Shown here: in pieces, positions 39,673-57,980 of the stretch
How the letters are laid out: every line of letters starts with the position of its first letter
How positions within the stretch are numbered: position 1 is the stretch's first letter
NCBI GenBank assembly: GCA_013239625.1
Contig: MU053758.1
Span: 3,581,490 to 3,645,489, forward strand
DNA length: 64,000 nucleotides
Direction of reading: 5' to 3'
Source: Lama guanicoe
Taxonomy: Eukaryota
Notes under the pieces: model-generated
Told to the model about the DNA's origin: nothing
The model's database searches: none
The model's input: only the letters and a program-made list of their open reading frames with translations
Translations under genes and position numbers: made by a program

Positions 39673-41649
39673 CTATGAGGTGGTTCTTAGTCTCCCATTT
39701 TACAGATTAAGGAACTAAGGCTCAGACAGACCAAGTAACACACTGAGGGCTGAGATTCCGATAGAGGCTACAATTCAGATTGAAAACTAAAGCAGGCTTT
39801 TTCAAACCCAAGATCTTTCTCGTTTCATCTTTGAACCATTTTTAAAACCTGAAACACACACATACTCCCATGTGTCACGTTCCGAGCTTTAGTTCCCCAG
39901 GGCGACCATGAACTTCACTTACGCTACCACATGAAATCATCGCATGGCGACGCCAATGTTTCCCTGCTACTGCTGAGCACGTGTTTTGATTTCTTGTGAA
40001 TCTGTCTCTGACCAAGAAGGCTGCACAGCTTCCCTGACCTTCCTTAAATTTCAGACCCAAGCTTGTCCCTGTGGTTTCACAACAGCAAGGGACAAGCCTC
40101 ATCATGATCACATCTTTTTACAGTTTTATACGTTCTTGTAACTCTGGGCACTTCCTGTCTGACTTTCCTGTCTTGAATGAGGAATGTGAGCAGTTGTTAG
40201 ATATCAGTGATCTTCTTTGAAGCAAAATAAGGCAGAACAAAGCACTTGACTGTAACTGTCATCCACAACCCCCACGGTTTTAAATACTAGAGTTCCGCTG
40301 ATCTAACTCCCATTCAGCCATGAAGTGCTCTTTTTAATATTGGTGTCTATCACCAGTTGAGCTCTGTATTGTATCTGTGTTAATCATTTTTAGAATTGAT
40401 AGAAGTATTTTCTACTAATTCTTCTCTGCCAAACTCAAATAAAGAATTGTTTTTGTGTGGGGGGTCCTTCACTGATATTTCAAGCAGTGGTCCTCTCTGC
40501 TGTAAAGGGCACTGATTCTCAGATCTTAGAATAGTAAAGGAGCACCCTGAAAATTTGGTATTTTCCCCTGGAACTCACTGAGATACCTAAGTCTATGGTC
40601 TGTGAGTTTTAGGTAAAAGCCCTTGTCCCCACTCTACTTCTTGCCCTGCCCTGCCTTTCTCAGAGGTCGATGATGCTCTGATCTCTGTGAGAGTTCATGG
40701 TCCTGCTAGCTCTCCATTCCATTAAGTGATTTAGAAAAGTGGGAACAGGAAAAGGAACAACAAGAGTCAATCTCTCTTAGGGACTGAGACTTGGGGTCCC
40801 TCACTTGATTATTGTTTGTGGTTTTTTAAACATTGGTAAATATGGACACCATTGAATGCAGGAATATGGTGGGAAGATGCAGTAATATGACCAACTTCAA
40901 ACCAAGAAAAACAGGTGGGACCAAAGCTCAAAGCTCCAGGCTCCCTGAAACACGGAATAAACCAGCCACAGTTCTCCGGCATCTCAGGAGCACTGCTGCC
41001 TCAGGCAACTGAGCAGAGTAAGCTCAGTCCAGCATCAGCTCCAAGCTCACATCACAGGGGCTCCAGGGGGATGACTTGTAGGCACTTGTTGTGTCCTGAC
41101 AGCCCAGAACATCCCCAGGAGAGGAAACCATGGCATCCACTGAGCGTTTCCGGCACAGGCTTTCACACAACGTAGAGATCAGGTGAATTTACATGTCAAA
41201 AAAAAAAAACTGTACTTGTATATATCTCATGCAATTCCCTCATTGTGAAAAAGGAAGAATCTTTTTGATCAAAACAAAACTGTCTTACTTTCAACTCTTT
41301 AATCACATATGTGGTGTTCCAAAGAATTCCCTCCCATGACTTATGTCCAGTTGAAATGACATACTCCAGTCCATATAGAGTGCAGGGGGTACCGGGCTCA
41401 ATAATCCACTGGGTTTCACAATATTTCATCTCACACCTGTATCAGAAGAACTTTGAGCACAAACATGCAATATGTTTATTTTTGTGCATAGCATATATAA
41501 ATATACTAGATTATAAAATATTATGCACATTATAAAATATACATCCATATATACTACTGATAAAAATTTTTCAAGGAATAAGTAATCTGTGACAAAACTT
41601 TTAAAATTATACTTGTTTTTAGTACTAAGTGGGCATAAACATTTACCCT

Positions 41650-42292
41650 TGTTACCAAACCAAACTTGGGTTCACTCACCTGATGCACAGCAAAGCCACC
41701 CTGAAGCCGGGCTGTGGTGAAGGAAAGTACAGCACTTATTGCAGGGCACCAGGCTAGAAGAACAGGCAGCGAATATGCTCAAAAGACCCAAATTCCTCAA
41801 TGGCTTTCAGGGAAGGAGTTTTAAAGACAAGGTTAGGGGTGTTTTTTACTGGGTTCCTGATCAGCTCATGCACAGTTCTCTGGTTGGTTGATGGTGAGGT
41901 CACAGGATGATATTTCCAGAATCAATTATCAACCTTCTGGTTTTAACCCATCCAGGGTCTATATGCTGGCGGTCAGCATGCAGTTAACTTCTTCCATCTG
42001 GCGGGGATTTTAGTTGCTGCAAAACAGCCCAAGAATGTGGCTTAGAATTTTATATGTAGCCCATGAGGAGGAACTAACAATCTTGACTTTGTTTTATGGC
42101 TAAATTACTATTATTTTGTCTTGCTTGACTGATTTCCTTTGTTTCTGCATTTTCTCACTTCTCAATTAAATTTGCCCTTTGGAACTTGGGGAAACCCTAG
42201 GAAGCTAAATCTTTTCTACAGACAAGAGGAGGGGACTTTGGGGAGGAAGATTCTGTCCCCAGAAAAGCCCTGCAGGGTCTTGCTCAGTTTCA
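41650..42292 (-). mobile_element. Solo LTR (ERV1-like) with 4-bp TSD CCCT
   Basis: tgttacc...agtttca; CCCT at 41646-41649 and 42293-42296. Confidence 0.85.
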
Positions 42293-42972
42293 CCCTCTCA
42301 AAGTATCATGATTAAATGATATGAAAGAAAATATCAACATTAAAAACATTCTGGTGAGAGGAATGTGATTGACAATGGGTCTTTTTTTTTTTAACATTTT
42401 GGTTTGATAAGCTGTAATGCAATGACTTGAAAGTCCGGGTGTGAGTGTAATACATTTCTGCATATTTTAATCATTAGTATGAGATTCGTAGGCACAAAAA
42501 TAGTCATTACTCAATTTTGATGGCTATGAAAAAACAAAACAAAACAAAACCTCGCCAGTATGCTGAGATGGAAATGGAGGAAGATAATTTTTGGCTGAGA
42601 TATTTTCCCCAGTTCTTTCCAGGTTACAATGTTTCCATGTTGCTAAGAGGCACAGCCTTTCTCTCAAGAGTCACTTCCTTCTGATGTCCCATTTCTGTGA
42701 TTCTATCACATATTCCCCTGAAGGGCTGGACAGGAAATGTTTTCAGATACTCTCACGTAGATTTGTCATTCCTTTCCTGCCATCCTCCTCCCAAACATGA
42801 AATCCACGTCAGTAGGTGGGTAATGTCTTTGAGGGTAGCCACAGGCCATCTGTTGGGAGGATGACCCCCTTCTGACGGAAAGAACACTGATTACTTTTTA
42901 TTCACACAAGACACCAAATTTTGAAATTAATGAACGAAAAGGACAATTACCATTTTTGTGCCAGAATAAAAG

Positions 42973-43003
42973 TTTATTAAGAGGTTAACAAGGGATCTTT
43001 ATT
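42973..43003 (-). terminator. Two AATAAA poly(A) signals of KRT33A
   Basis: At 42998-43003 and 42973-42978. Confidence 0.65.
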
Positions 43004-43409
43004 GCATCTCCAGAGACCAAAGGAGTGACAAGAAAGGTATCTTCCAATTATGTTCAGTTTCACAGCTTGCCCAATCAGTTCTATTGCACTTAATACAATT
43101 ATTTTAAAACCACATTTAGATAAGTATTTGTTAAAGCATAACACATTATGTAAACATGTTGTTGTGATTATAGATAATTACTTGATCCTGTTGTAGATTC
43201 TCTATGTGACTCAGAAGACAAACCAAGCCAGTAGGTGTACTTGGCAGCTTCTTCTGTTAAAGGATCAAGATGGGGAATTCAGTGGAAGCCCAGACGTGAC
43301 ACTTGGAAGCTGGTACCGATAGAAGTGTAGTCCCTGCTGGGGATGTTTGGATGAAGTAGAACTGAGATGTGACTTTGAAGCCCTTGTCTTCCTTCTGGCA
43401 CTGGGGCCT

Positions 43410-47877
<4,468 letters not shown>

Positions 47878-47965
47878 GGTGCTGGACAGAGCAGGGCACC
47901 TGACTGAAGACAGAGTCAAAGTTCTCCAAGACACAGAGCTGTGGGTCTCCTTCCTCTGGGGAGCA

Positions 47966-47971
47966 TTTATA
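47966..47971 (-). promoter_or_regulatory. TATA box of KRT33A
   Basis: TATAAA 89 nt upstream of the ATG. Confidence 0.8.
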
Positions 47972-48080
47972 TCCATTCTGCAGAGGGTGTGGATGTGGAA
48001 GACAGCCCTTTTTTTCTTACTCATTTGATTGTCAAAAGCCCTTCCCCTTGGTTTGTTGTTTCCTCAGAAGAGTCCCTCAT

Positions 48081-48089
48081 CTCATAAAA
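48081..48089 (-). promoter_or_regulatory. Candidate HOXC13 site TTTTATGAG
   Basis: Matches the TTTATNRR consensus in the KRT33A proximal promoter. Confidence 0.45.
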
Positions 48090-48168
48090 GACTTTACTTG
48101 GGCTTCTTGCTAAGTCAGAACTCCTCTTCCATGCTGTGCTTCAGTGAAGTAAGAGCTTCATGGGGTGG

Positions 48169-48176
48169 CTTCAAAG
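48169..48176 (-). promoter_or_regulatory. LEF1/TCF site CTTTGAAG
   Basis: Exact motif known from hair keratin promoters, ~200 nt upstream of TATA. Confidence 0.65.
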
Positions 48177-50109
48177 AGCTGGACTCATGAACGCCCTGGC
48201 CTTCATTAGTGGGGCGTGGTGGGTCCAGGGACATGATGACTTCTTTGCTCCCTGGCTTGACAGCCCTGACTCTTCTGGAGATGGAAAAGCGTAACTCTTG
48301 CCCATTTGCTAGGTCAAATCCCAAATTCATGGTTCTCAGAAAGAGGAATAGATGGTTCTAGAACAATTAAAGCAGCCTGGTTCCCAGTGGCCCTGTTTCC
48401 TGATATGATGGGCAGCATCTGTATCCATAATAATGTCAATCAACAACAGAGCAGATATTCACCGGGATCACAGTGGGTACAGGGCACTATGAGGAATGGA
48501 AGGTCGGACCAGGGCTACAGTCAGAAGGAGCTCATAAACATGATCTCATTCACTTCTCACCATAACTCTTCAAGGTACATGATACAATTCCCATTTTACA
48601 GATGGCCAAACGGAGGCATAGAGAGTAGGGGTTAATGTGTTGTGAAGCCAGGATTCCAACACAGATCTTTGTTCTTTCCATCATACCATGCTGCTTGAGT
48701 TAATCAAGTGCCTCCTTCCCTAACTTCCTTGGACAAGTCATCTCTCCTCCTCTCTGAGCTTTCATTTCACCTTGAGCATGGCCTTGCACAACCTCTATGC
48801 TTATCTCTCTCTGTATTTGAGTTCCTGCAAGGCAGGGAAATGGTCTAATTCATCTTTGCCTCTTCAGCTCTTGGCACATGGTACACAGTAGACACTCAAC
48901 AGCCATGTGTTGAATGGAATGAACATGGAATAATAATAATACTAGATAGGAGATGACATGTGAGAGGTTGAGATTTTGGGGAGAGAGAGCACTGACAGGA
49001 TTAGCAGTTCACAGGGATAGGTTTGTGCTGGGATGGGGAGGCTTCTATAAGAATAAGAGAGGAGAAAAGCAGATACTGGAGGTGGAAGAATCAGATGCAC
49101 ACAGATCAGGGCAGGGAAGCCCAGGACATGGTTGAGTAAGACTAGGGGACCTAGAGGGAAAGATGTAAAGGTAAGTGGTGAAAAATAGAACTGTATGGGG
49201 AGGTTGTGACCATATGGTAGAGGTCCTCGGTGACAAAGCTTAGCCTGCCCTGGAGGGAAATGTTTTAGCAAACATTTATCTGTTTCAGCAAAATGAAGAT
49301 AAAGCTGGAGGCAGAACCAGTGAGGTTATTATAATAGCCCAGGCCAGCAGTAACAAAGAACCGAGTTTAGGTACCTATAAGGGAAGTATAAAAGAAGAAA
49401 TTGGCATAAGAATTATCTTCCTAGGAACAATTTTTTAAAAATCAGCAATCTTTTCAATAGGTGAAATGGGAGAATGACACCCAAATTTGGGAGGCATAAG
49501 AACTTAAGAGGAAGACTTTACCATTCACAGTAACACAGCAGGAGAAAGCACTCTTTTGCACATTAAGGATGAATTAGTCCCCTTCCTTTAACAAGTATTT
49601 ACTGAGCCCTTCCCATGTGCCACAGAGCAAGCAAGGCAAACCTACAGCCTAGTGGAGAGTGCACACCAGCCAAGTGGATGATGCATTTGTGATGGGGGAC
49701 GCCCCAACTGCTGTAGGAACATGCGGCAGAAGACCTACCCAGACTTAGCGGAAGTCAAGGAAGGCTCCCTGGAGGAGGTGATGATGCTGCTGAAAGCTGA
49801 AGCTAAAGTAAGGGGGACGGAGGGGATTGTCCCCAGGAGAGCCAGGGCAAGTATGAAGGTCAGAAATGAGACAGCACATTGCATTCAGCCACACTTTCCA
49901 TTTTTCAAGCAACAGTTTATGCAGAAAATGATAATATTTTTTAATGGCTCATTGGGGAAAAGCGACTGGGCTGCCTTGGCCAACTGTACTGAGGACGCAG
50001 AGCATTAGTACCCTGGGCCCCTCTAACCCATCCACCTCAGTAAGCTGGGAAGTTCTGCATTAGAGGAACTGGAGGAAGTTGAAAATCAAATATACTTCAG
50101 TTTAAAAAA

Positions 50110-51710
50110 TGTAAGATCTGAAACCCTAAAACTAGAAGAAAACATAGGCAGTATGCTCTTTGACTCAGTCTTAACAATATTTGTCTGGGGTATGTCTCCT
50201 CAGGCAAGGGGAACAAAAGCAAAAATAAACAAATGGGACTACATCAAACTAGAAAGTTTTGCACAGCAAAGGAAACTATCAGTAAAATGAAAAGGCAACC
50301 AAGGGGAGGGTAGACCTCAGTGGCAGAGTGCGTGCTTAGCATCCATGAGGTCCTAGGTTCAATCCCCAGTACCTCCATTAAAAAGTAAATAAATCTAATT
50401 ACTTCTCCCTTTCCAAAAATAATTAAAGAATGCAATAATAAATAAATAAATAAAATATGTTTTTTAAAAAAGAAAAGGCAATGTACTGAATGGGAGAAAT
50501 TATTGTAAATCATGTATCTAATAAGGGGTTAATATCCAAATTAAATAAAGAAATCACACAAGTCAATATCAAAAAAAGTCAATATTACTTGTAAATGATA
50601 ATGTACTGATTTGAACCAAAGAAGAGTAAAAGTAGCGTGTGTTTTGGGAGAAATCAATTAATGTCTTTGAGCTTCTGTTTCCTCGCGTACGAAAATAAAA
50701 TTGAACCAAATGATTTCTAAAAAAATACAAACAACAACTCTAATTTAAAAGCGGGTTGAAGACCTGAATAGACATTTCTCCAAAGAAGACATACAGATGG
50801 CCAACAAGCACATAAAAAGATGCTCAGCATCACTAATCATGAGGGAAATGCAAATCAAAACCACAGTGAGGTATCACCTCACCCCTGTCAGGATGGCCGT
50901 CATCAGAAAGACAACAAATAAGTGTCAGTGAGCATGTGGGTAAAAGGGAACCCGCTTGCACTGATGGTGGGAATGTAAATTGGTGCGGCCACTGTTGAAA
51001 ACAGTATGGAGAGTCCTCACAGTTAAAAACAGAACTACCAGCAGATCCAGCAACTCCACTTCCAGGTATCTACCCAAAGAAAACAAAAACACTAATTTGA
51101 AAAAAATATATGCACCCCTATGCTCATTGAAGCATTAACTTTAATATCCAAGATATGGAAGCAACCTAAATGCCCCCTCAATAGATGAGTGGATAAAGAA
51201 GATGTGAAATGAATGTGTGTATAAATATATATATCTATATACATATTGGAAAATTATTCAAAGAATGAAAATGTGCCATTTTTGACCATCAGATAGATTT
51301 AGAGTATATTATGCTAAGTGAAATAAGTCTGACAGAGTAAGACAAATACCGTATGATCTCACTTTCATGTGGAATCAGGGAAAAAGAAAAACAACAAACG
51401 AACAAACAAAACAGAAACAGAGCCACAGACATAGGAACAAACTGGTGGTTGCCAGAGGGGAGGGGACTGGGGGAGTTGGGTGATGAACAGAATTAAGAGA
51501 TACAGACTTCCAGTTATAAAATAAATAAGTTATGGGGGTGTAATGTACTGCACAGGGAATATAGTCAATAATACCGTGATAACTTTGTATGATGACAGAT
51601 GATTACTGGATTTGTCATGGTGATCATTTCATAATATACTTGACTGTCAGATCACTATGTTGTGCACGTGGAACTAATGTAATATTGTATGTCAACTAAC
51701 TTCAGTGAAA
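50110..51710 (+). mobile_element. 5'-truncated L1 (ORF2 C-terminus and 3' UTR)
   Basis: ctagaagaaaacataggc, gaaatgcaaatcaaaaccaca and atgctaagtgaaataagtc hallmarks; interrupted by a SINE. Confidence 0.85.
50303..50470 (+). mobile_element. tRNA-derived SINE (Vic-1-like) inserted in L1
   Basis: A/B boxes; gaaaaggcaa on both flanks. Confidence 0.85.
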
Positions 51711-51805
51711 GAAGGAAAGAGGGAGGGAGGGAGGGAGAGAGAGAGAGACAGAAAGGAGAAAGGAAGGGAGGGAGGAAGGAAGGAAGGAAGGAAGGAAGGA
51801 GGGAA
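51708..51805. repeat. GGGA/GA/GGAA purine tract at L1 tail
   Basis: Direct reading. Confidence 0.85.
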
Positions 51806-54627
51806 ATGGGGAGCCATTGAAGGTTCTAAGGAGAGGAGTGATGCAGTTTATTTCTGAATAGTTGTGTTTGAAGAAATGATGGAGCCTATATGCAGAAATG
51901 TTCAGAGGGTCCTTGGATTTGCAAGACTAGAATTCATGGCAGGGATAATAGGATCCTAGTGTAGATGTGAGAGTTGAAGGAAGAGCCAAGGGAAAGTGTT
52001 CAAAGAGAAGAGTGACAAGAGGCTGAGGACCAATGGGGGCGGGGGGATTTCCCAACCAGGGAACAAGAGAAGAAAAGAGTCAGAAATGGAGAAGAAGTGA
52101 GAGAAAATGGAGAGAGCCCTGTTCATGGCATCATCGAAGCCCAGGGAGGGGAGACCGTCTAAGTGGAAGCAAAGGTCCAAGTTGTCAGTGCAGCAAAGGG
52201 GCCTGGTAAGCTCAAACCACAGAAAGGGTCTTGGATACATTGACCAGCAAGTTGCCAGGACCCTTCCAAGGTCACAGCATCCATGCTGTTAAAGTAACCC
52301 CCACACTGAGCTTTGGTGAACTGAGACGTCAGCACCCAGAGTGGAGATGTTCATTATTTGGAAAAGTGCTGCCACCGTCAGTTTGTACACTTGATTATAA
52401 AGCTTGTGAGCTTTGGTCTTACCCACACAGACTTTTTTTTACAATAATTAGAGTGTGTGTTAAGCACTTTAAAGATGTCAACCTTGTTTGGATTTGATGA
52501 TTCATTATAGTCGGTGATTTAGGACCAAATACCCAAGACACAGAAGCACTTGGAACTGCCCGTGCATATAATTCCACTTCTGTTCTGTCACAAGGCATAA
52601 GAGGAGACCTACTTGATATCCTAAAGAGAGATGATGAGGAAAGAATTCAGCTGTGTGCCTAGAAACATCACCCAGGAAGGGGAGGGCTCCTTACTGTCAT
52701 CCTAGAGGAGAAGAGAGCCAAACTCGGAGAAGGGTGCTCACGGCAGAGCCCAAGCCTCTCAGCTACAGCTGCAGATCAAAAACAAGACCGCGTCACATCT
52801 GCTTCTCCCTTCCTCCCTTCCACCTCCTAAGGTAGATCCCAAATGCCAAAATAGTTCAAAAAGAGGGAAGATCTTGGGGCAAGTGACGTCAGAGATCTTA
52901 ATGGTCATTTCACACAACCCTCTTATTTTACAAACGGGGAAACGAGGGCTCAGAATGGAGAAATGGCTTGTTTAGGGTCATATAGTTAGAACCCAGATCT
53001 GCTGACCCCCACTGCGTTCCCAGCCCCCAGAAAATGCTGCAGAAATGTTGAATAATTTCACATCCAATCTGATCTGCCATTACCTCAGGGCAGAAATCAA
53101 AGGCAGTGAGGAAAAAACAAAAACAAAAAACAAAATCTTGTCCTCCAGAGAGGGAGATGGGCTTTGTTGAAAAAGAATGCAGGTTGAGTATGGTAATAAT
53201 GATAGAATTCAGCAATACTGAAGTTCCTTGTCTCCCTGATTTCAATTTTTATTCCTACATGGAGGATACAGTTATATCCCAATGGCTTGGAGTGATTTAG
53301 GTACAATTATATCCCATCAGTTGGAGAAACAGAATCACAACTGTTCAAATGCTGGTGGCCCTACTCAAGGGCAATACACTTACCCAAAATAAGGTGCACA
53401 AATGTCACCATCACAAAATTTAAAATATGACTTTAACAATGAGGGCAATTGAGAGATATAAAGAACCGCACTGCAATAATGAACCTGGATGCTTCTAAAT
53501 GGTAAAATTATGAACACCTTTCTTTTTTTCCTTCTCTATCCTTTTTATTCTCTCCAGATTCTTTTGAGAATGTATGTATTACTTCTTCATGAGAAATAGA
53601 AATAAAATTTACATTAAAAACTCAAAAAGGAAATTCTTACAAGTCCTCTAAAGAAGTAAAAAGTTGTCAAAGGACCCAGGTAAGTCTCCTATTCCGATAT
53701 AACCACTAAATTGCACTCAAGCTTCTTATTCTGGAATTAAAGTCTCTGTCATGATTGGCATTCACACCCTCGTATTAACTGCTGACTTTGCCAATTCCAG
53801 AGATGAGCTATTAGGAAGTGATGAAAGGAAACAAGCTTCCTATGGGATCAAATGGTTTGTAGCTCGTGAATTAGCTGATGTGTGGGTCTGAGCTTCAGGT
53901 GAAGAGTATGCCAAGAGGTGTGGCACTTGGGGAAATGCTGCCAGTTGACTGCCAGCCCACATCCAGGAAGATGAGATATTAGGATCACATCACTGAGCCA
54001 CACTCTTAGAATAGACTCCTCACACACACATAGAAGATGATGGAAGTGTTTTTTTAGAAATGGTGTCTAAGTCAGATGAAGCCTAGAATCAGAATATTGG
54101 AGCTACCAACAGCCTAAGCCATCATCTCACCCAACTCTTTCATTTCACAAATGGGAAAACATTGACCCCTCCCCACAAGGGGAAGGAACTTGTCCAAGCT
54201 CACACAAAGAGTCCGTGAAACAGTCTGAATTGGAAAAGGGTAAAGTAGACTAGAGAAATGAGGGACCAGGGACAAGGCCTTTGGTTTTTGTGAGAGTTGG
54301 AACTCAGACCACTGAAAAATAGCCCCATCTCTCAAAAGACAGCACCCTCCAAGAAAAGGTGACCTAGAGTTTTTAAAAGTATGCTCATTACCCCAGGAAG
54401 AGTTTAAAAAGAAAAAAAGGCAAATCTAGACAGTCAAGGGTGGATGCCCAGGCCTGGGGAGGTAAGGAAAACGGGGCCTGGCTACTAATGGGTACAGGTA
54501 TCTTTGGAGGTGATGAAACGTTCTAAAATTGTGGTAATGGTTACGCAGCTCTGTCAGTTATCAGATTAAAAATAATCAAATCACATACTTCATATAGGTG
54601 AATTTTATGGCATAATAATTATATATA

Positions 54628-54836
54628 CAGCTGACCCCTGAACAACACAGGTTTGAACTGCTTGGGTCCACTTTTACATGGGTTTTTTCCGATAAACGTG
54701 TGCTACGGCACTATGTGATCTGTGGTTGGCTGATTCCACGGATGTGGGTACTGAGCAGTGACTATGGGCCTCTACAAATTTTGGTATCCATGGTGGGTCC
54801 TGGAACCAATCCCCTGTAGATACCAAAGGATGACTG
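54628..54836. mobile_element. Tigger2-type MITE (MER8-like)
   Basis: cagctgacccctgaacaacac...ggatgactg with TA on both sides. Confidence 0.75.
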
Positions 54837-54879
54837 TATACCCAGAAGTGCTATCTCAATAGAGTTTCTTTTTAAAAAT

Positions 54880-54990
54880 TTGCTGGACCCCAACCCCAGC
54901 ATTTCTGAGTTAGTAGGTCTGGGGTAAGACTGAAGAATTTGCATTTCTAATAGATCCCCAGGAGACCACACTTTAAGAATCACTGGTCTA
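54880..54990. mobile_element. MER5A-like fragment
   Basis: agtaggtctggggt...aatttgcatttctaa...gaccacactttaagaatcactg. Confidence 0.65.
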
Positions 54991-55490
54991 GAGAAACACT
55001 CACATGGGTGCCACAGGGGACATTGACAAGGATATTTCTGCAACACTGTTTATAAGGATAAGAAAGAAAAAAAGAAACCTCCTAAATGTCCTTCAGTAGT
55101 GGAATGGGAAAGTAAAAACAGGATTTGTTTGCATTGTGTGATACAGTTACACCATCTGTATTTTCCTTTTTTCTCTCTTTTCATTGAAGTACAATCAGTT
55201 TACAGTGTTGTGTCAATTTCTGGTGTACAGCACAGTTTTCTAACAAATTGCTAAGTTGAAAGACATACATACAGATTGTACACGGATATATCCATGTATA
55301 ATGTTTAGAAATGTTTAATTAGAGAATGATACACTACCAAGTTTAGAATAGCGGTTACCTCTAGAGGGACAGAGGGAGAGGAGGATGGATAGAGGGGGGT
55401 TCATCTTAACCCATAACATTTTATCTCTAAAAAAAACCCCAAACAATAAAACACAGCAATGACATAAATATGGCACCAGGTTAACATCTC

Positions 55491-55547
55491 TTTTTTTTTT
55501 AACATTTTTTATTGATTTATAATCATTTTACAATGTTGTGTCAAATT
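55491..55547 (-). mobile_element. 57-bp L1 tail with 14-bp TSD
   Basis: TSD CAGGTTAACATCTC at 55477-55490 and 55548-55561. Confidence 0.88.
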
Positions 55548-57974
55548 CAGGTTAACATCTCTTAAATCTTGATTGTGGACGTACATATGTCTGCTTTTTT
55601 GTTCTTTTATATGTTTGAAATGATTCATATTTGGCCCTTTAAAATGAGAGATGACATCACTGCCCTGTTACACTAGGTAGCAAATCATAGGTCGCCAGCT
55701 CCAGACTTCAGAGCATGTGTCTTGCCCATTACATGAGATGAGTAGTAACAGTGAACTTCATCCAGATATCCTGAATACAAATTTGGCTTTGACCCTAAGA
55801 AGAGTAATTCCCCTGACCCTCCTTTCTCTTCTCCACCAAAGAAAGCACTGTGGCAGAAACAAGGGCTCAGGATAACCTCCCCAAGACCCAGTTCTCCCCT
55901 AACATGGTCCAGTCAAACACAGCAACCAGTCAGTGTTTGATGCTCTGTAGATGAGCAACAAGAACAAAGTGCACTGACTGTGCTGAGAAATTTGACCTCT
56001 CACCCACCAGGCAGAGTACAAGGTGTCTGGGAGGCACACCGATCCCTGATAAAGTCAGATGCAGGTACCCGTGTGTGGGTTCTGTCCCCAGAAGTCCCAC
56101 CAAGACGGAATGAATTACTCGAGACTCTGTGGAAAGTCAAGAGAGCAAGAAGGAGTTGGGGACCAACTTCTCGAGTCTCTCAAGTCCTCCCACATTTATT
56201 GTGTATAATCAAAGGAAAAATCACCAAGTTATGTCATGGAATGTAGGAGCTTAAAGAAAGACAGGATCAGGAAGAGATTATAGAATCCACAGTGAGTACA
56301 AAGGCTTAATTAATCTTCAAGGCAGACATGGGGAGAGCGAAACAAGGTACACTCTTCAGACATAAGATGTGGATTACAAAACAGACCACCAGACCAGCCA
56401 GTCTCTTGTCTTAGGGATTATAGACTATCTAAACAGCAGAAAGCATGCCCAGCATTTATGGCTGAGGGCATAGGCCTTCACTTTGCAACAAGAAGAGTAA
56501 ACCCTGAACTATGGACCTATGCTTAAAACAAGCCATGTCCTGTGTTTATAGCAAAAGACACACAATGGCTTTGCCGTTGGAAGCAGCCCTAAGCTAGAAC
56601 CTCAACTATGTAAGCAAGGCACTGTCTCTGCTTTTTACGGCAAGGAGACAGGAGTGCAGATGCACCGACACCTGCTAGCAAAGCACATTTGTTTTCCCTA
56701 AAGGTCACAAGCGGCTGGGATCTGTTACAATTTATTAACCCAATCATGGGCTCCCACAACCGTGGGTGCAGTGGTCCCAGCGTGAATGGAGAACTAACGG
56801 GAGAGGTTGGACAGGGGCATTTGTACAAGGCGTGGAGGTGGCTCCTAGAAGTGACTTGCCCTGAAGAGAAAGAGGCTGGAGGCCACCAGCCGGCTCTGGG
56901 ACACTCTGAGCACAGCATGGAGTGGCACTTGGTTGTCTTCCAGGGACTGATGCCCTAGGTCTGGAGAAGGGAGTGCCAACCTCAACAACAACAGAGTAAA
57001 CGTTAAAAAAAAACAGGAGAATTTAAGACCCACATTGGAACGGGCATCGTCACAGCCAGGGGAGAAAGTATTGGCTTCACCTCAAGGAGAGAGGATGTAA
57101 CAAGCAGTTTAGCCAAAAACCGGGACAGTGGCCTTGCACAGATCCCGGTACAGCAGTGGACACGGGTGGGAGCTGGGCATTAGCATACCGGTCACATCGA
57201 GCATTGGCAGAGACAATATCCTAGTTTGATTCGAAAGAACTTTAGGGAGAAAGATTCCCCAAATCCGAATTTAGTCCTGGTGGATAAAAAAATTCAAATG
57301 ACAAAAGAAACACTTTTAAAATCTGTAGAGTATGACTCAAACACAAGAGATGGCCCTTCTTCAATGTATCAGACGAGTTCTTCAGTATTTCCCAAAGGGG
57401 GGTTTCAGAGATGTTTGGGGTGCTAACAGCATCGTCTCTCCCTAGGTGACAAATTTGCAGGATGCTTGTCTAAAATCAGTTTTATTCTCTCAGTCACCCC
57501 TCACATGTAACTGACATCCAGAGAATGATTTCTGGGTTCAGTCTTCTTGTTTCTACTGACTATGTGAACAAGAGAAAAAAATTAGCCATGCATTTCCTGG
57601 TGCTTGGTTGGTACTTAATAAATGTTAGCTCCTGTCCTTCTTGTAGGCTCTTGGAAAAGAGAAGGTGGAACGTTGTAGAAGGTTAACCGTTGCATTTTAC
57701 TGAGTAAGGTCCCATGATGAACGTGTTTATCATATTCAGATGAGGACTCTTGCCTTAGTGGTTCCCACTGGTTCCCTGCTGGCCTGAGTCTATGCTGGGA
57801 CTCACTGTGCTTAATGAATGATAATTAATGGTGATGAAGACCTTTAAGGAGAGGGCTAAACTATGCAGTCTGCCTTTGCCTTTAGGTGGCTTTTATAAGC
57901 AGCACGTGCACACAGAATGAAGACTTTGAAAGGAACGAATACAAACAAGAGCCATCACTGCTTTGCAAGGGAAG

Positions 57975-57980
57975 TTTATT
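57975..57980 (-). terminator. Poly(A) signal of KRT33B-like gene
   Basis: AATAAA ~300 nt after the stop. Confidence 0.65.

Noticed and set aside
47878..48024. N-terminal extension of KRT33A in the ORF track
   Set aside because: Spans the TATA box, so it is not within the expected transcript
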